Shown: piece after piece, positions 18,140 through 28,092 of the stretch
Numbering within the stretch: position 1 is the stretch's first letter
Layout of the letters: every line of letters begins with the position of its first letter
DNA from: Polyangiaceae bacterium
GTDB taxonomy: Bacteria; Myxococcota_A; Polyangia; Polyangiales; Polyangiaceae
Assembly (NCBI GenBank): GCA_965222375.1
Contig: CBDCTZ010000016.1
Coordinates: forward strand, 256,001 to 320,000
Direction of reading: 5' to 3'
DNA: 64,000 nucleotides
Notes under the pieces: model-generated
Seen by the model: the letters and a program-made list of their open reading frames with translations, nothing else
Database searches by the model: none
What the model was told of the DNA's origin: nothing
Translations under genes and position numbers: made by a program

Positions 18140-19186
18140 ATGGATCTCGATCGCACGGGTCGGAAGGTTGCGCTGGCGGCGCTGCCCCTGCTGGCGTTGG
18201 CGGTTTATTTCGCCCCGCGTCCGAAGCCGCCCGATGAGACGGCTGCGAGTGCCAGCGGGGCGCCGCCCGCGGGCATCGGCATTCCCGCGAGCGAAGCCTC
18301 CCCCTTGGGCAAGGCATTGCATGAGCGGGGCGAGTCCGCGCTAGCCAAGAAGAGTCCACCTCCTCCCGCGCAGGCCAAGAGCGGCGCATTGCCTGTTGCT
18401 CCAGCACCTCCGCCACCCAAGTCGCGGCGCATCGACGTGCGCAATGCACCTCGGGTCGCGCGGGACTTGCCGCTCGCTCAAGCGGCTGATGCGCCCCGCC
18501 CCGCTGGACCGCGCCGAGCCAAACCCTCCGTGCCCATGGGTCCCTGCGGTGGTGTGACGGTACGCGGCATCACGGATAGCCCCGATCCCGAATGGGCCTT
18601 TGCCATGCTTGCGCCGATGCCTACCGACTCCGCGCGCCTCACTCGCGTGGGCGATCCCATTGGACACTACCGCGTGCAGAGCATCGAGTGGGATCGCGTT
18701 TGGCTAGCTGGAGGCGCCGGTCGATGTGCCGTGCGCCTAGCCGAGGGCGTGCGGGAAGCGCAAGAAGCCGTGGGAGGCTCGCCGCTCCTGGTCGACCCCG
18801 GCAACGCGCGTTCGAAGCCGCCCTGGCGCTTGAGCCGCGAGTTGAAGAACGCCATCGACGTGGTTGGCACCACGGTGCGGGTGGAGTCGGGAGTGGTGCA
18901 AGCTCTCTTCGATCAAGGTCCGAGCTGGATCTCGGGCATGAAGGTGCAGCCCCAGCGCGAAAACGAACGCGCCGTCGGCGTCGTCTTCGAGGGAGTGCAA
19001 GAGGGGTCGCTGCTGCACCACGTCGGGATACGCTCAGGCGACCTGCTCCGCACCCTGGACGAGACCCCAGCTGAGAGCTTGGATCGAATCGGCGAAGCAC
19101 TCGTCAACGCTCGCAAGGCCAAGCGTGTCCTCGTCGAGCTAGAGCGAGACGGCGAGCGGATGAAGATCTTGGTCGAGTTGGTTTGA
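18140..19186 (+). CDS. type II secretion GspC-like protein with C-terminal PDZ-like domain
   Basis: N-terminal TM, Pro-rich linker, RVGD.I..YRV.SIEWDRV.L, GSLLHHVGIRSGDLL. Confidence 0.6.
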   Translation: MDLDRTGRKVALAALPLLALAVYFAPRPKPPDETAASASGAPPAGIGIPASEASPLGKALHERGESALAKKSPPPPAQAKSGALPVAPAPPPPKSRRIDVRNAPRVARDLPLAQAADAPRPAGPRRAKPSVPMGPCGGVTVRGITDSPDPEWAFAMLAPMPTDSARLTRVGDPIGHYRVQSIEWDRVWLAGGAGRCAVRLAEGVREAQEAVGGSPLLVDPGNARSKPPWRLSRELKNAIDVVGTTVRVESGVVQALFDQGPSWISGMKVQPQRENERAVGVVFEGVQEGSLLHHVGIRSGDLLRTLDETPAESLDRIGEALVNARKAKRVLVELERDGERMKILVELV

Positions 19187-19280
19187 CCCGGGGCGCGTGC
19201 AACTTCCGATTCCGCACATAGAGGTGATCGTACGACGGGACCGCCATTGGAGCGGCTAGTCAGCGGCTCCGTCTCGCAAG

Positions 19281-20018
19281 TCACAGCGGCTGCCAGCTGG
19301 CATCACCGATCACGATGTAGCGTTTCATGGTCGCGCCGTCCCATTCGACACGCACGTGCGCTCCCTGGATCACATGGGGTTTGCCCGAGTCTGCTGCCAG
19401 TATCGAAGGACGGAAGATTGCGATGTTTGCGGTTTTGGGGAGGCGTACACTGTCGAAAGCAATGCCGTTGCTACCTGCTTGGCGCAGCCGCGCGCCTAGC
19501 GTCTGAGAATCGGCGTAAGAATCCGGGTCGTGAGCGCGGGGCCAACCCCCTCGGATGTCATGCAGCTTGGCGTTGATCCGACCGACATAGGTTCGCAAGT
19601 CGAACTGCGTCTTCGGCTCCGAGGTTCGCTGTAGGAATAGGCTTTTGTGGTGAAGTACCTCGTGAAGAGCGCCTTCGAAACGGTTGTTGGCGTAGTAGAC
19701 GCCGTAGCTTCCGTCAGTGAACCTGGATGCAAACCCCACGTGAGTGAATGCGGCCATGATGGGCGAGGCGCCAGGACCGACAATTCGCTCTGCCAGGGGC
19801 ACGGCTGAGATGTCCCCAATCTCATCCCTCAGCCTGTCGTTTGTCAGACCCTCGATCCCGGCTAGCAATTCCCAGTCGCTCGGATCGGCGATCCGCTCGA
19901 ACAGATCGATGGGTGGATAACGACTTGGAATCAGTCGATACGTGGCCTTCCAGCGAACCCGTCGAACCGGTGGCTCGAGTGGGGCGCCTGTGTCGCTACG
20001 AGCCGCCGCCGCGCACAT
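19281..20018 (-). CDS. RES-domain toxin (MbcT/ParT-like)
   Basis: YRLIPSRYP, SRFTDGSYGVYYA, E, DSY..SQ.LG, GIAFDSVR; exact start uncertain. Confidence 0.88.
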   Translation of the reverse strand: MCAAAARSDTGAPLEPPVRRVRWKATYRLIPSRYPPIDLFERIADPSDWELLAGIEGLTNDRLRDEIGDISAVPLAERIVGPGASPIMAAFTHVGFASRFTDGSYGVYYANNRFEGALHEVLHHKSLFLQRTSEPKTQFDLRTYVGRINAKLHDIRGGWPRAHDPDSYADSQTLGARLRQAGSNGIAFDSVRLPKTANIAIFRPSILAADSGKPHVIQGAHVRVEWDGATMKRYIVIGDASWQPL

Positions 20019-20400
20019 GGTCCAGATACGCTCGGACGTGGTGAAGGTCGCTGACGTTGCCCGCCAGCATGCGCTCTAGGGCAGATTGGCCGCCGAAAGC
20101 CTGGTTCGGCTTTGACACCCAGGCGTCAGCGCCTCGGTCGTCCGCAAACAAGATCTGGAGCGCTTTGTAGATGCCCAGCACGTAGCTGATGCGCTCGAAT
20201 TCGTCTCGGGACAGCTTCCCACCCTCGCCCTTCTTCCAGCTGAAGAACGTGCCGCGGCTTGGAGCCCCGAGCAGCACCTGCGCTTCGTCGTTTGTGACGC
20301 CCCATAGGTCCATCACCCGGAAGAAAGCTCTTTTCGCCGCAGCTGAAGCGCGGGGATCGCCCAGATCAACGCTGCCCCGGGAAGTCGTGTGAGCTAGCAT
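19996..20400 (-). CDS. Xre/MbcA/ParS-family antitoxin (DUF2384)
   Basis: LLG.PS..TF..WK, ERISYVLGIYKAL, W...PN.AFGGQS.L..ML, VR.YLD..RG. Confidence 0.88.
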   Translation of the reverse strand: MLAHTTSRGSVDLGDPRASAAAKRAFFRVMDLWGVTNDEAQVLLGAPSRGTFFSWKKGEGGKLSRDEFERISYVLGIYKALQILFADDRGADAWVSKPNQAFGGQSALERMLAGNVSDLHHVRAYLDHVRGGGS

Positions 20401-20436
20401 GAGTACAAATATGTACTAATTGCGAAAAAATGTCAA
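20401..20436 (-). promoter_or_regulatory. sigma-70 promoter with overlapping operator palindrome for the TA operon
   Basis: TTGACA (20436-20431)-N17-CATATT (20413-20408)-N7-ATG; AGTACA-N4-TGTACT at 20402-20417. Confidence 0.7.
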
Positions 20437-20671
20437 GATTTGAACAATAGGTCCAGAGCGAAGCGGGTGTCGCTCCCCTCCACTTCCACGGGCTGACGCC
20501 GATCGTCTCGACCCAGCCTTCGATGTCGTCGCTGAAGATCGAGCCCTCTTGTGCGCGACCGCTAGCACCGTGATACAGCGACAGCATGCCGCAGGTTCGG
20601 GACTGCACAGCCAGCGCCACAGACATGCTGCAGCGGGTCGCTGGTGGTCTGGGCGTGGGCTGCGCGCCGCC

Positions 20672-21601
20672 ATGACCCTTGGAGCAGTACGACGGAGCGG
20701 TGGGGCGAGGAAACGCGCCGCGAGGAGAGTCGTCGTGGCGGCGTGCCTGACCTTCGCGTTCGGGGCCTGCTCGCGGAGTGGTGCCGATCGCCTGTCTAAG
20801 GTCGAGCCCGCGCCGCAAACGTTCGTGAAGCGACCGGTGGCGCTCGCGTCCGCGCGTCCGGCGCCCGCTGGGTCGGTGCGCTCCAGTGACGCGGGGGCAT
20901 CGCCGGCTGCTGTTGCAGCGTCGTCGACACCCGCGGCGCCAGCGCTGCTGACGATGGAGAAGCTGGCCATCGCCAATGTAAAAGACCCCGCGTACTTCTA
21001 CCGCCCGACGCGGAGCGACACGCAGCCGCAACCGCTGGTGGTGTACCTTCATGGCGCGTGCGCCTATCCCGATTGGGAGTGCCCATTTTTCACCGGCGTA
21101 TCGCCCGCTGCATGGCTTCTTTGCCCGCCGGCCGGTGCGCCGTGTCAGGGCGGTGGCGTGATGTGGGCGGGGTCCACGAAAAGCTTAGCCGGCGCTGTCG
21201 AGCGGGGCGTCGTCGCGCTCGATCCGAAGGCGCGCGGCGTCGACCTCGAGCGTCGCGCCATCATCGGTTTCTCGTTGGGCGGGCCCTCGGCGCTCCGCAT
21301 CGCGCTTCACGAGCCGGGCCGCTGGCAGAGGCTAATGGTGGTCAACGCCAACGTGATTCCGAGCCCCGCGCAGCTGAGAAAGGCGGGCATCGAGCGAGTG
21401 GCGCTTGTCGCCGGCCAGCACGACCCCGTGGCTCCCAAGCTCCGCCACGGCGCAAGCTGGCTTGCGCGCAAGGGTGTTGACGTTCGCTACTTTGTCATCG
21501 CCGAAATGGGGCACTACTACGACTCGCGCGCTACCGAGCGGTTCCAGGAGCCGCTGGCTTGGCTCACGGCGGAGTGGCACCCGACCGCCCCGCCTCCCTG
21601 A
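20672..21601 (+). CDS. alpha/beta hydrolase lipoprotein
   Basis: VVYLHG, GFSLGG, GQHD, MGH; FGA-C lipobox; start approximate. Confidence 0.75.
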   Translation: MTLGAVRRSGGARKRAARRVVVAACLTFAFGACSRSGADRLSKVEPAPQTFVKRPVALASARPAPAGSVRSSDAGASPAAVAASSTPAAPALLTMEKLAIANVKDPAYFYRPTRSDTQPQPLVVYLHGACAYPDWECPFFTGVSPAAWLLCPPAGAPCQGGGVMWAGSTKSLAGAVERGVVALDPKARGVDLERRAIIGFSLGGPSALRIALHEPGRWQRLMVVNANVIPSPAQLRKAGIERVALVAGQHDPVAPKLRHGASWLARKGVDVRYFVIAEMGHYYDSRATERFQEPLAWLTAEWHPTAPPP

Positions 21602-21615
21602 CTCGGGCTAGCGGC

Positions 21616-22584
21616 CTAGAGATGAGCCTCAAAGGTCGCGAGCATCCTGGCCCAGGCCTTCTCAGCCTGTTCTTTGTCGTACACGGGTGAGTCGATGGTG
21701 CACCAGCCATGCTGCGCTGGGTAGACCTCGATTTCGGCTGGGATCTTTGCTTTCTCGGCTGCCTGCTTCAGCGTGGTCTTGGCCTCGGGTTGCCGCGCGT
21801 CGTCGTTCTGCGCAATGCAGATCAACAACGCCGCGGCCTTCATTTTGCCAAAGAGGTTGTGCGGACTGCTCTTGTCCTTGGTGACGAGACCGCCGCCATG
21901 AAAGGAGGCAATCGCGCCAACCCGCTCCGGTGCTGCCGCGGCTGTGCGGAAGGTGAATGGCCCGCCCATGCAGTAGCCGATCGCGGCGAGCTTCTTTGCC
22001 TTGTCGACCTCCTTGTGCCCATCGAGCCAAGCCACGAATGCGGCGCCGTCCTTTGCGGTTCCGTCGGGCTTGATCGCAGCGATCATCGGCGCGATTTTCG
22101 CTTTCCCTTCTTTGGTCCGCCACTCGGAGAAAGCGGTGAGCACGGGTAGCTTGCTAGAGCGGTAGTACTGGTTCACCGCCAACACCGCGTATCCCTGCTC
22201 AGCAAGCCGCGTGGCCATTTTCTTGTAGGCGTCTCGGAGGCCCGCGACGTCTGGCCACAAGATCACCCCCGGGTGCTGTCCGGTCTTCGGCGCCACGAAG
22301 AACGCCTCGGCTTTGCCATCCGGCGTGTCGATCGTGGCCATTCGGCTGGTGGTGGCGGGTGGCGCTGGTTTCGGCGATTCGGGTGTTGGTGCGGGCGTGG
22401 GTTCAGGTGTCGGCGGTGTTGGCCCAGGGGGGGTCGCGGGGGCGGGGGAGGGCGCGTGCGCTGGCCCACAGCCTGTCAGATACGCCGCGACAACCGCTCC
22501 TGTGCCCACGCCAACCTCGCGACGGTTGAGGCGCTTCTTCTCCAGATAAACTTCGTTCTCTGCTTCGGTATCGTCGTCACACAT
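21616..22584 (-). CDS. dienelactone hydrolase family protein, probably Tat-exported
   Basis: GYCMGG, SFHGG, AQND, HGW; N-terminal LNRREV twin-Arg-like motif then LTG-C. Confidence 0.88.
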   Translation of the reverse strand: MCDDDTEAENEVYLEKKRLNRREVGVGTGAVVAAYLTGCGPAHAPSPAPATPPGPTPPTPEPTPAPTPESPKPAPPATTSRMATIDTPDGKAEAFFVAPKTGQHPGVILWPDVAGLRDAYKKMATRLAEQGYAVLAVNQYYRSSKLPVLTAFSEWRTKEGKAKIAPMIAAIKPDGTAKDGAAFVAWLDGHKEVDKAKKLAAIGYCMGGPFTFRTAAAAPERVGAIASFHGGGLVTKDKSSPHNLFGKMKAAALLICIAQNDDARQPEAKTTLKQAAEKAKIPAEIEVYPAQHGWCTIDSPVYDKEQAEKAWARMLATFEAHL

Positions 22585-22807
22585 CTCGGGAATCTCCCGC
22601 GCGGAGTGTAGTGGTATTGGGCGCGGCGCGGTAGCGCTTGGCTGGGCTGTGCCGGCTCGGGTTCCGCGCGTTGTTGCTCGGCCTCGCTTCGTGGCCAGCC
22701 ACACGGCGTTTGGCAACCGGACCGCCGGCGCGAGCGCATGGAATGTGAGGCGATTCGCCAGGCTTGGCTAGGCGAAGGGTAGGACTGGAACTCGACTTTC
22801 GACCTGC

Positions 22808-23299
22808 TCAGTTCAAGGTGACGTCTTCCGTGAGGACATCGCACTCAGGATCGCAGTCGGGTCCGTTCGGGTGGTACACGCGCACAGAGCTGACCCGCGT
22901 CACCTTTTGTGGCACGCCGTCCCGGCTGACCCCGAATCCGACACTGCCGGACGTAGTCACAACGATTGCACTCACGCCCTGGGCGTTGGTTTCCAAGTGA
23001 GCCCGCGCTTCGTTGGAGCACCCGCTCGGCGCCGGCGGAGGCTGAACGCTGCAACTGACGGTGACGGAGGTCTGCCAATCAGAGACCGCCACCTGGTACT
23101 CACCCTTTGGCAGGTTGCCATCGGCCGCGTGGATCGTAAACGTCTGCTGCGTGCCACACCCTACGTCCGTGCACGTCTGGCAGCCGAGCAGATGAGAGCT
23201 GACCACAACGAAAGCACCGATGCGGCCGATGTTGCGAGCATCCCAGGATGGCGTTGCCTCGCAATCGAGACGGTCAGCAGCGAGCTCCAGGAACGACAT
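22808..23299 (-). CDS. hypothetical Cys-containing lipoprotein
   Basis: LLG-C, CTDVGC, PNGPDCDPEC; TACGGT 6 nt before ATG 23299. Confidence 0.55.
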   Translation of the reverse strand: MSFLELAADRLDCEATPSWDARNIGRIGAFVVVSSHLLGCQTCTDVGCGTQQTFTIHAADGNLPKGEYQVAVSDWQTSVTVSCSVQPPPAPSGCSNEARAHLETNAQGVSAIVVTTSGSVGFGVSRDGVPQKVTRVSSVRVYHPNGPDCDPECDVLTEDVTLN

Positions 23300-23439
23300 G
23301 CCCAAACCGTATCACGCAGTCAGGCGCGGGGTAGCGCTGAAGGCTCGGCGCAAGGGCCCCGCGCGAGACCGAAGGGGAGCTCCTGGAAGTGGACCGGGTG
23401 GAACCGCGTCCGCCGGACGGAAACCCTTCTGTCGTGACG

Positions 23440-25026
23440 CTAGTCCTCCTCGACCTCGTAGTCCGTGTCCTCGGGAAGGTCGTCTATGGCGCGGACGTGG
23501 AGGTGTTCGGTTAGTGGGCGTACCGTCCAAACCGCGAGGGAGTTGTCACTCATGGCGAGAGCGACGTGGTTGCTGTCGGCAAACCACGCAATCTCCTCGA
23601 TCCAGGCGCGACCGCGAGCGCGGGGCGTCGGGTGCAGACGGCCGGTGTGAGCCTCGATGAAGCTCAGGTTGCCGACGTGGTCTTGCACCGCAATGGTCGC
23701 ACCATCCGGCGAATAGGCCGGTTTGGGAGACCAACTGACGTCGTTGTCGTAGCCGCCGACTTTCCAGTGCACTTCCTTCGCGCATTGAAACTGAAAGCGA
23801 TTCGCCGGCCTGCCCGTTCGCCCATCGAAAAACGCCACGCCGCTGTAGTTGGCTCCGACCAAGGTCGCACCGTCCGGTGATGCCGACAGCATGCCGCCGT
23901 CGGGCAGCCCCTTCGCTTCCCGCCACGCCATGGACCCAGACGAATCGAAACAAATCAGCTGCGAGCCCAAACTGACGAATAGGCGTCCCCCGTCTGCACT
24001 GGCAGCCAAGCCGCCGAGGGGAGTGTAGTCGGGGTCTTCGCCAAGCAGCTGCAGGTGCAACTGCATGGTCGAAGCATTGATGATCTGTACCTCGCCGCGT
24101 TGACCGCCCAGGGCGAAGTACTGATCGCTCCCGAGCCAGGCGATCTCGTGGCAGTAGTCCTGCAGTTTGTGGGTTTTACCCAAGACGCGTCCCGTGCGCG
24201 CATCGTAGAGGCGAGCCCGGTGCCCGGAGCCGACCGCGAGCAGGCCTCCTCCCGGAGAAAAGCGCGCGACCATGCCGGTGCCTGGCAAGGGCCCGGCCCA
24301 GACACGCCCACCATCCGAGCTGCGCCGCACTTCGACGATGTCGTAGCTCGCGACTGCGACGACCTCCCCAGATGGATGCACCGATACGGTGCCTGCCGAG
24401 CGGCCATCGTCTTCGTAGGGTGGTGCGACGAAGCGCTCGGTCTTGCCGTCGATGATTGGAGCGGCTGGGGCAGCGGCCGAAGCCGCGCCGTTGCGGGCAG
24501 CCGCTGGGCGCGCGGATACGGCCAAGGTCTGGATTGCCTGCTGCCAGGCCTGCAAATCCGGTGACTTCTTGGAGTAGAGGGTCTCGAGCTTTGCTCGGCC
24601 GAGCGTGATCGCGGTGCCTTCTACGGATACGTCGTCGGGATTGATGTGCGCCCAGTCGAGGAACTGAGCCTGCTCCAACTGGTTCTTCCAACACACGCGC
24701 CCGCGCGTGAGGATGAATCCATCCGTGGCGCTGCCGAAGACGGTGCCATCGTAGAGGCCAAGTACCAGCTCGTCGGCGGGAAGATGCGCGCCATGCAAGG
24801 TCCGCACGTTGTTGTTCTTCTTGGGCGGAATGGATGGGTGCAGCCAGGTTGACTCGGCGCCCATCAGCGTCTGGCGCAAGAACGCGGTCACGTGTTCGTC
24901 CGTGAGCCAAATCTGCCCCGCAGCTGCTTCCATGTACTGCTGCTCGCCGCAGTAGTTGCAGACGAAAGGAGGGGCCGCGGGCTTCTGCAAGCGAGCGCCG
25001 CACTGACTGCATTGCACGACTTCCAA
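23440..25026 (-). CDS. zinc-ribbon + uncharacterised domain + WD40-like beta-propeller protein
   Basis: CSQC...CNYC; YDGTVFGSATDG; repeated FSPGG/ASADG/ASPDG/YSPDG blades. Confidence 0.7.
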   Translation of the reverse strand: MEVVQCSQCGARLQKPAAPPFVCNYCGEQQYMEAAAGQIWLTDEHVTAFLRQTLMGAESTWLHPSIPPKKNNNVRTLHGAHLPADELVLGLYDGTVFGSATDGFILTRGRVCWKNQLEQAQFLDWAHINPDDVSVEGTAITLGRAKLETLYSKKSPDLQAWQQAIQTLAVSARPAAARNGAASAAAPAAPIIDGKTERFVAPPYEDDGRSAGTVSVHPSGEVVAVASYDIVEVRRSSDGGRVWAGPLPGTGMVARFSPGGGLLAVGSGHRARLYDARTGRVLGKTHKLQDYCHEIAWLGSDQYFALGGQRGEVQIINASTMQLHLQLLGEDPDYTPLGGLAASADGGRLFVSLGSQLICFDSSGSMAWREAKGLPDGGMLSASPDGATLVGANYSGVAFFDGRTGRPANRFQFQCAKEVHWKVGGYDNDVSWSPKPAYSPDGATIAVQDHVGNLSFIEAHTGRLHPTPRARGRAWIEEIAWFADSNHVALAMSDNSLAVWTVRPLTEHLHVRAIDDLPEDTDYEVEED

Positions 25027-25253
25027 GGCGCCGAATCATACACGGCCGTTCGTCGCGGTCCCAGTGGGAGCGGGCTTCGGTTCACCGGTCTTCAGCGCTC
25101 AGGTCGCGTGAAGGCTCGCGTTGGAAGGTGTCGTCTCGTAGCGCGCTCGCGGAGCGCCACGCGACCCCGACGAGCGGGGCCTCGCGCTGGAGTAGTGGCC
25201 TGGTGTGGCGTAGTGGCGCGACCCCAAACCAAAAGAGATCAGCGGTGGAAAGC

Positions 25254-26375
25254 TCAGAACAAATCGGTCGGAATCGGGAAGCCGAAGGACTCGATCTCTT
25301 TGACTTCTTCGTCGCTGAGGTTGATGGCTTCGAAAGTGCCTTTGGTGGGATCCTCGCCGAAACCGTTGATCTTGACTTTGTCGACGCTGATGCTGCCTTG
25401 GGCTTGCCAGCGACCGGGGACCTTGGTGCTGGGAATGAACGAGCCGGTGAATTTCGAGTTTTCACCCTGGACGCGGATATTGCCGGAACCGATCGTGACG
25501 TCGATTAAAAACAGCGCGGTGCCCAGGCCGATGGAGCCGTCGGCTTCGTCTTTCACGAAACCATCAGCGACGAAGACATATCCGTCCGGTGGATCGGGCT
25601 CGGGTAGGAAGTCAACGAATTCTTCGATCGCAATCTGCTTTTCGCTGGGCTTCACGCAGCGAGGCGACGGGATCAGCGCGCAGATCGGCGTGTCCCCACC
25701 GCAGGAAGGGCAGCCTGAGCGGGAATTGAGGACAGCGAGGCGGTTGCCATTCGTGAACTTCGCGCGCCAGTTGCCCGTCACAGGGTCGATATCCATGTAG
25801 GCGTAGGTTTGGATTTGAGTCGAAAGGAAATCGACGTTGAGCAGCCAATAGAAGTAGCCGGTTGGTAGAGAGTTCGGGCCACCACCCGCTAGCGTGAAGG
25901 TGAAGGGCAACCGGCCACGCGGTACTGTGGCGTGACCTTCGCTATCCTCCAGTCCCGGCTCGACCAACACCAAGTATGGAACCGAAAAGCCGACTGGCTG
26001 ATCCAAGGTTGCCGTAACACGCTGACCCTCGACTTCAAACGTCGCGCCGAATGTTGCGTTCTCGTCGTTGGGGCGCGCGCCGTCGTAGGCGGCGATGATC
26101 TTGTCCCGGAACTCGTCCTTTTTCGGTGGGGTCTGTTCGTCCAAGAGGTTCTCTTCGCCATCTAGAATCGCGGGCACGATCTTCAGCCGAAGCGTTGACA
26201 CGTCGAAGGGCTCCGAGACTTGGAGCACGAAGGGATCGGAAGGCTGGGTGGACATCAGGCCGTTGTCCGAACCCACGATCGTCACGCTCGGTGGTGGATC
26301 GAAGGTTTCGCAGCCGAGTGTCGGAGCTGCAAACAGCGCTGACCACAGCAAGACTTGAGAAAGTGAGCGTCGCAT
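25254..26375 (-). CDS. hypothetical lipoprotein, co-transcribed with upstream outer-membrane protein
   Basis: TLG-C lipobox; starts 2 nt after upstream stop. Confidence 0.7.
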   Translation of the reverse strand: MRRSLSQVLLWSALFAAPTLGCETFDPPPSVTIVGSDNGLMSTQPSDPFVLQVSEPFDVSTLRLKIVPAILDGEENLLDEQTPPKKDEFRDKIIAAYDGARPNDENATFGATFEVEGQRVTATLDQPVGFSVPYLVLVEPGLEDSEGHATVPRGRLPFTFTLAGGGPNSLPTGYFYWLLNVDFLSTQIQTYAYMDIDPVTGNWRAKFTNGNRLAVLNSRSGCPSCGGDTPICALIPSPRCVKPSEKQIAIEEFVDFLPEPDPPDGYVFVADGFVKDEADGSIGLGTALFLIDVTIGSGNIRVQGENSKFTGSFIPSTKVPGRWQAQGSISVDKVKINGFGEDPTKGTFEAINLSDEEVKEIESFGFPIPTDLF

Positions 26376-26377
26376 GG

Positions 26378-28015
26378 CTAGAAAACGAAGGTAGTGCGGC
26401 CCTGCACGAGCACGCTGCGGACCGCCTGTCCGTTTTCGTCTTGGAGGGCGTCCCCTGGAAATAGTACCGCACCTTCCAGATCGAACAAGAAGTGGTCCAT
26501 GTATTTCCACTGCACACGGCCGTCCAGCTCGACGCCGTAGAAGTTCCCCGGCTTTCCACCTTGGAAGTTGACCAGGTCGTCTTCCACTTCGCGCCCGTCG
26601 CGCTGCTTCAAGCTTTCGATGGGGTCGACCAAGCCCACGGGCGCCCACGCCGCGAGCACGCCACCGCGCAGCAAGAAGTTGTCGATGGGCCGCACATCGA
26701 ATTGTGGGAAGACCGCGATGGCATTCGTGAAGGAACCCTCGCTGTCCACACGTTCCGCAGGGAAGGTCTTGGCCCCCACTCGTCTCAGAAGTTCCACGCC
26801 TGATGCGCTGCTCCGGGCCGACTCGAAATGAAGCACGCGCTCGAACATCAAGAGGCCGACGTTGGCGTCTTCAGCGAAGTACATTTGCGATAGCGTACTA
26901 CCGGGATTGGGGTTGCGATCCCCGGACGCGAAGTCGAATTCCAGGTACGCGGTCCACGCCGGTTCGTCCCAACGCGCCACGGCGCGGGCACCAAACTGGC
27001 TGACCTTCTGCCGCACGATGGGGTCGTTGTTGATCAAGCTCAGCGCATCGCTGACCTCGAGGGTGCGCCCCTGAATCGTCGCGGCTTCGACGCCCATGCT
27101 CAACTTGTCCACCTTCGCGAGGACACGCAGCTGGGCGATGCTGATGTTGCTGTCAAAAACGTCTTCCCAGCGATGGGCGAAGACGCCTTGCAGCACGAGG
27201 TTCGTACGCCGCCCGGGATCCGGCGCCATGTACTTGATCACCGTGCCTGCACTCTGCAGATCGTCGCCAAACAAGCGGATTTGCTCCGAAGACACCCGAT
27301 CGTAGAAGCCGACCCAAAGCACACCCCGGTCCCGGGACGTATCCCGCTCGGCCTCGGCTTTGAAGGCCTCCAAAGGCTTGGTCGCGAAGAGGATGCGATC
27401 GACACTGTCGCCGGCGTTGGAGTAACCGAAGCGGTTTGGGCGTCCGTCACCGTCGGCTACCAAGAGCCCCATGCCTTCGACGGACGGCTGCCGGCCGATG
27501 CGGAAGGCGCCGTAGGGCGTAACGACCTCGCCGTAGAGCCGCCGCACTTTGACGGGTTCGTTTTCGAGCAGAACGTAGCCGTAGCTGTCCGGGTCGAGTT
27601 CGTCGCCGCCGATGTAGCCCACTCCAGGTTTGGCGTTGTTCGGGTTGGTTGCGGCCGCCCGAGTGCCGCTGTTGGGGCTCGGCGGTGTGCCGAAAGTGCC
27701 ATTGTCACCCCACAGGGTGCCGTCCAAGGCGTCTATGCTGGTAACGAGGCGTACCTTCTCTTCGTAGTCGATCGCTAGATCGAGGCGCAGCCGGTGTTCG
27801 ATCCAGCTGGCGCGCCGATGCTTGACACCACTCAGATCGATGGGGTTCACGTAGAGCCAGTTCGCCCGGTATTCCGCCCCGGTGGTGACCCCGGTTTCCC
27901 CGAATTCGTGCCGCGTAGGAGTGCCCAAGCCGTCCCGATCAGTCCAAGGCTCCTCGTCGGCTAGTGCGCTGCTAGCGAAACTCAGTGCGCACGCACCCGC
28001 CAAGATCCTCCTCAT
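26378..28015 (-). CDS. predicted outer-membrane beta-barrel protein
   Basis: ALA-D signal peptide, alternating beta strands, C-terminal QGRTTFVF (terminal Phe). Confidence 0.72.
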   Translation of the reverse strand: MRRILAGACALSFASSALADEEPWTDRDGLGTPTRHEFGETGVTTGAEYRANWLYVNPIDLSGVKHRRASWIEHRLRLDLAIDYEEKVRLVTSIDALDGTLWGDNGTFGTPPSPNSGTRAAATNPNNAKPGVGYIGGDELDPDSYGYVLLENEPVKVRRLYGEVVTPYGAFRIGRQPSVEGMGLLVADGDGRPNRFGYSNAGDSVDRILFATKPLEAFKAEAERDTSRDRGVLWVGFYDRVSSEQIRLFGDDLQSAGTVIKYMAPDPGRRTNLVLQGVFAHRWEDVFDSNISIAQLRVLAKVDKLSMGVEAATIQGRTLEVSDALSLINNDPIVRQKVSQFGARAVARWDEPAWTAYLEFDFASGDRNPNPGSTLSQMYFAEDANVGLLMFERVLHFESARSSASGVELLRRVGAKTFPAERVDSEGSFTNAIAVFPQFDVRPIDNFLLRGGVLAAWAPVGLVDPIESLKQRDGREVEDDLVNFQGGKPGNFYGVELDGRVQWKYMDHFLFDLEGAVLFPGDALQDENGQAVRSVLVQGRTTFVF

Positions 28016-28065
28016 CCTGCACCCACGTTAGCGGAGGTCCCTGGAGGGACAAAGCCGAATGCGAC

Positions 28066-28092
28066 GTGTAATCGGTGCTCCACCGATTACAC
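28066..28092. promoter_or_regulatory. perfect 12-bp inverted repeat (operator or terminator hairpin)
   Basis: GTGTAATCGGTG-CTC-CACCGATTACAC, followed by TTCTT on +. Confidence 0.55.

Noticed and set aside
19187..20670. Mobile element carrying the TA pair
   Set aside because: No transposase, integrase, terminal repeats or target duplication visible.
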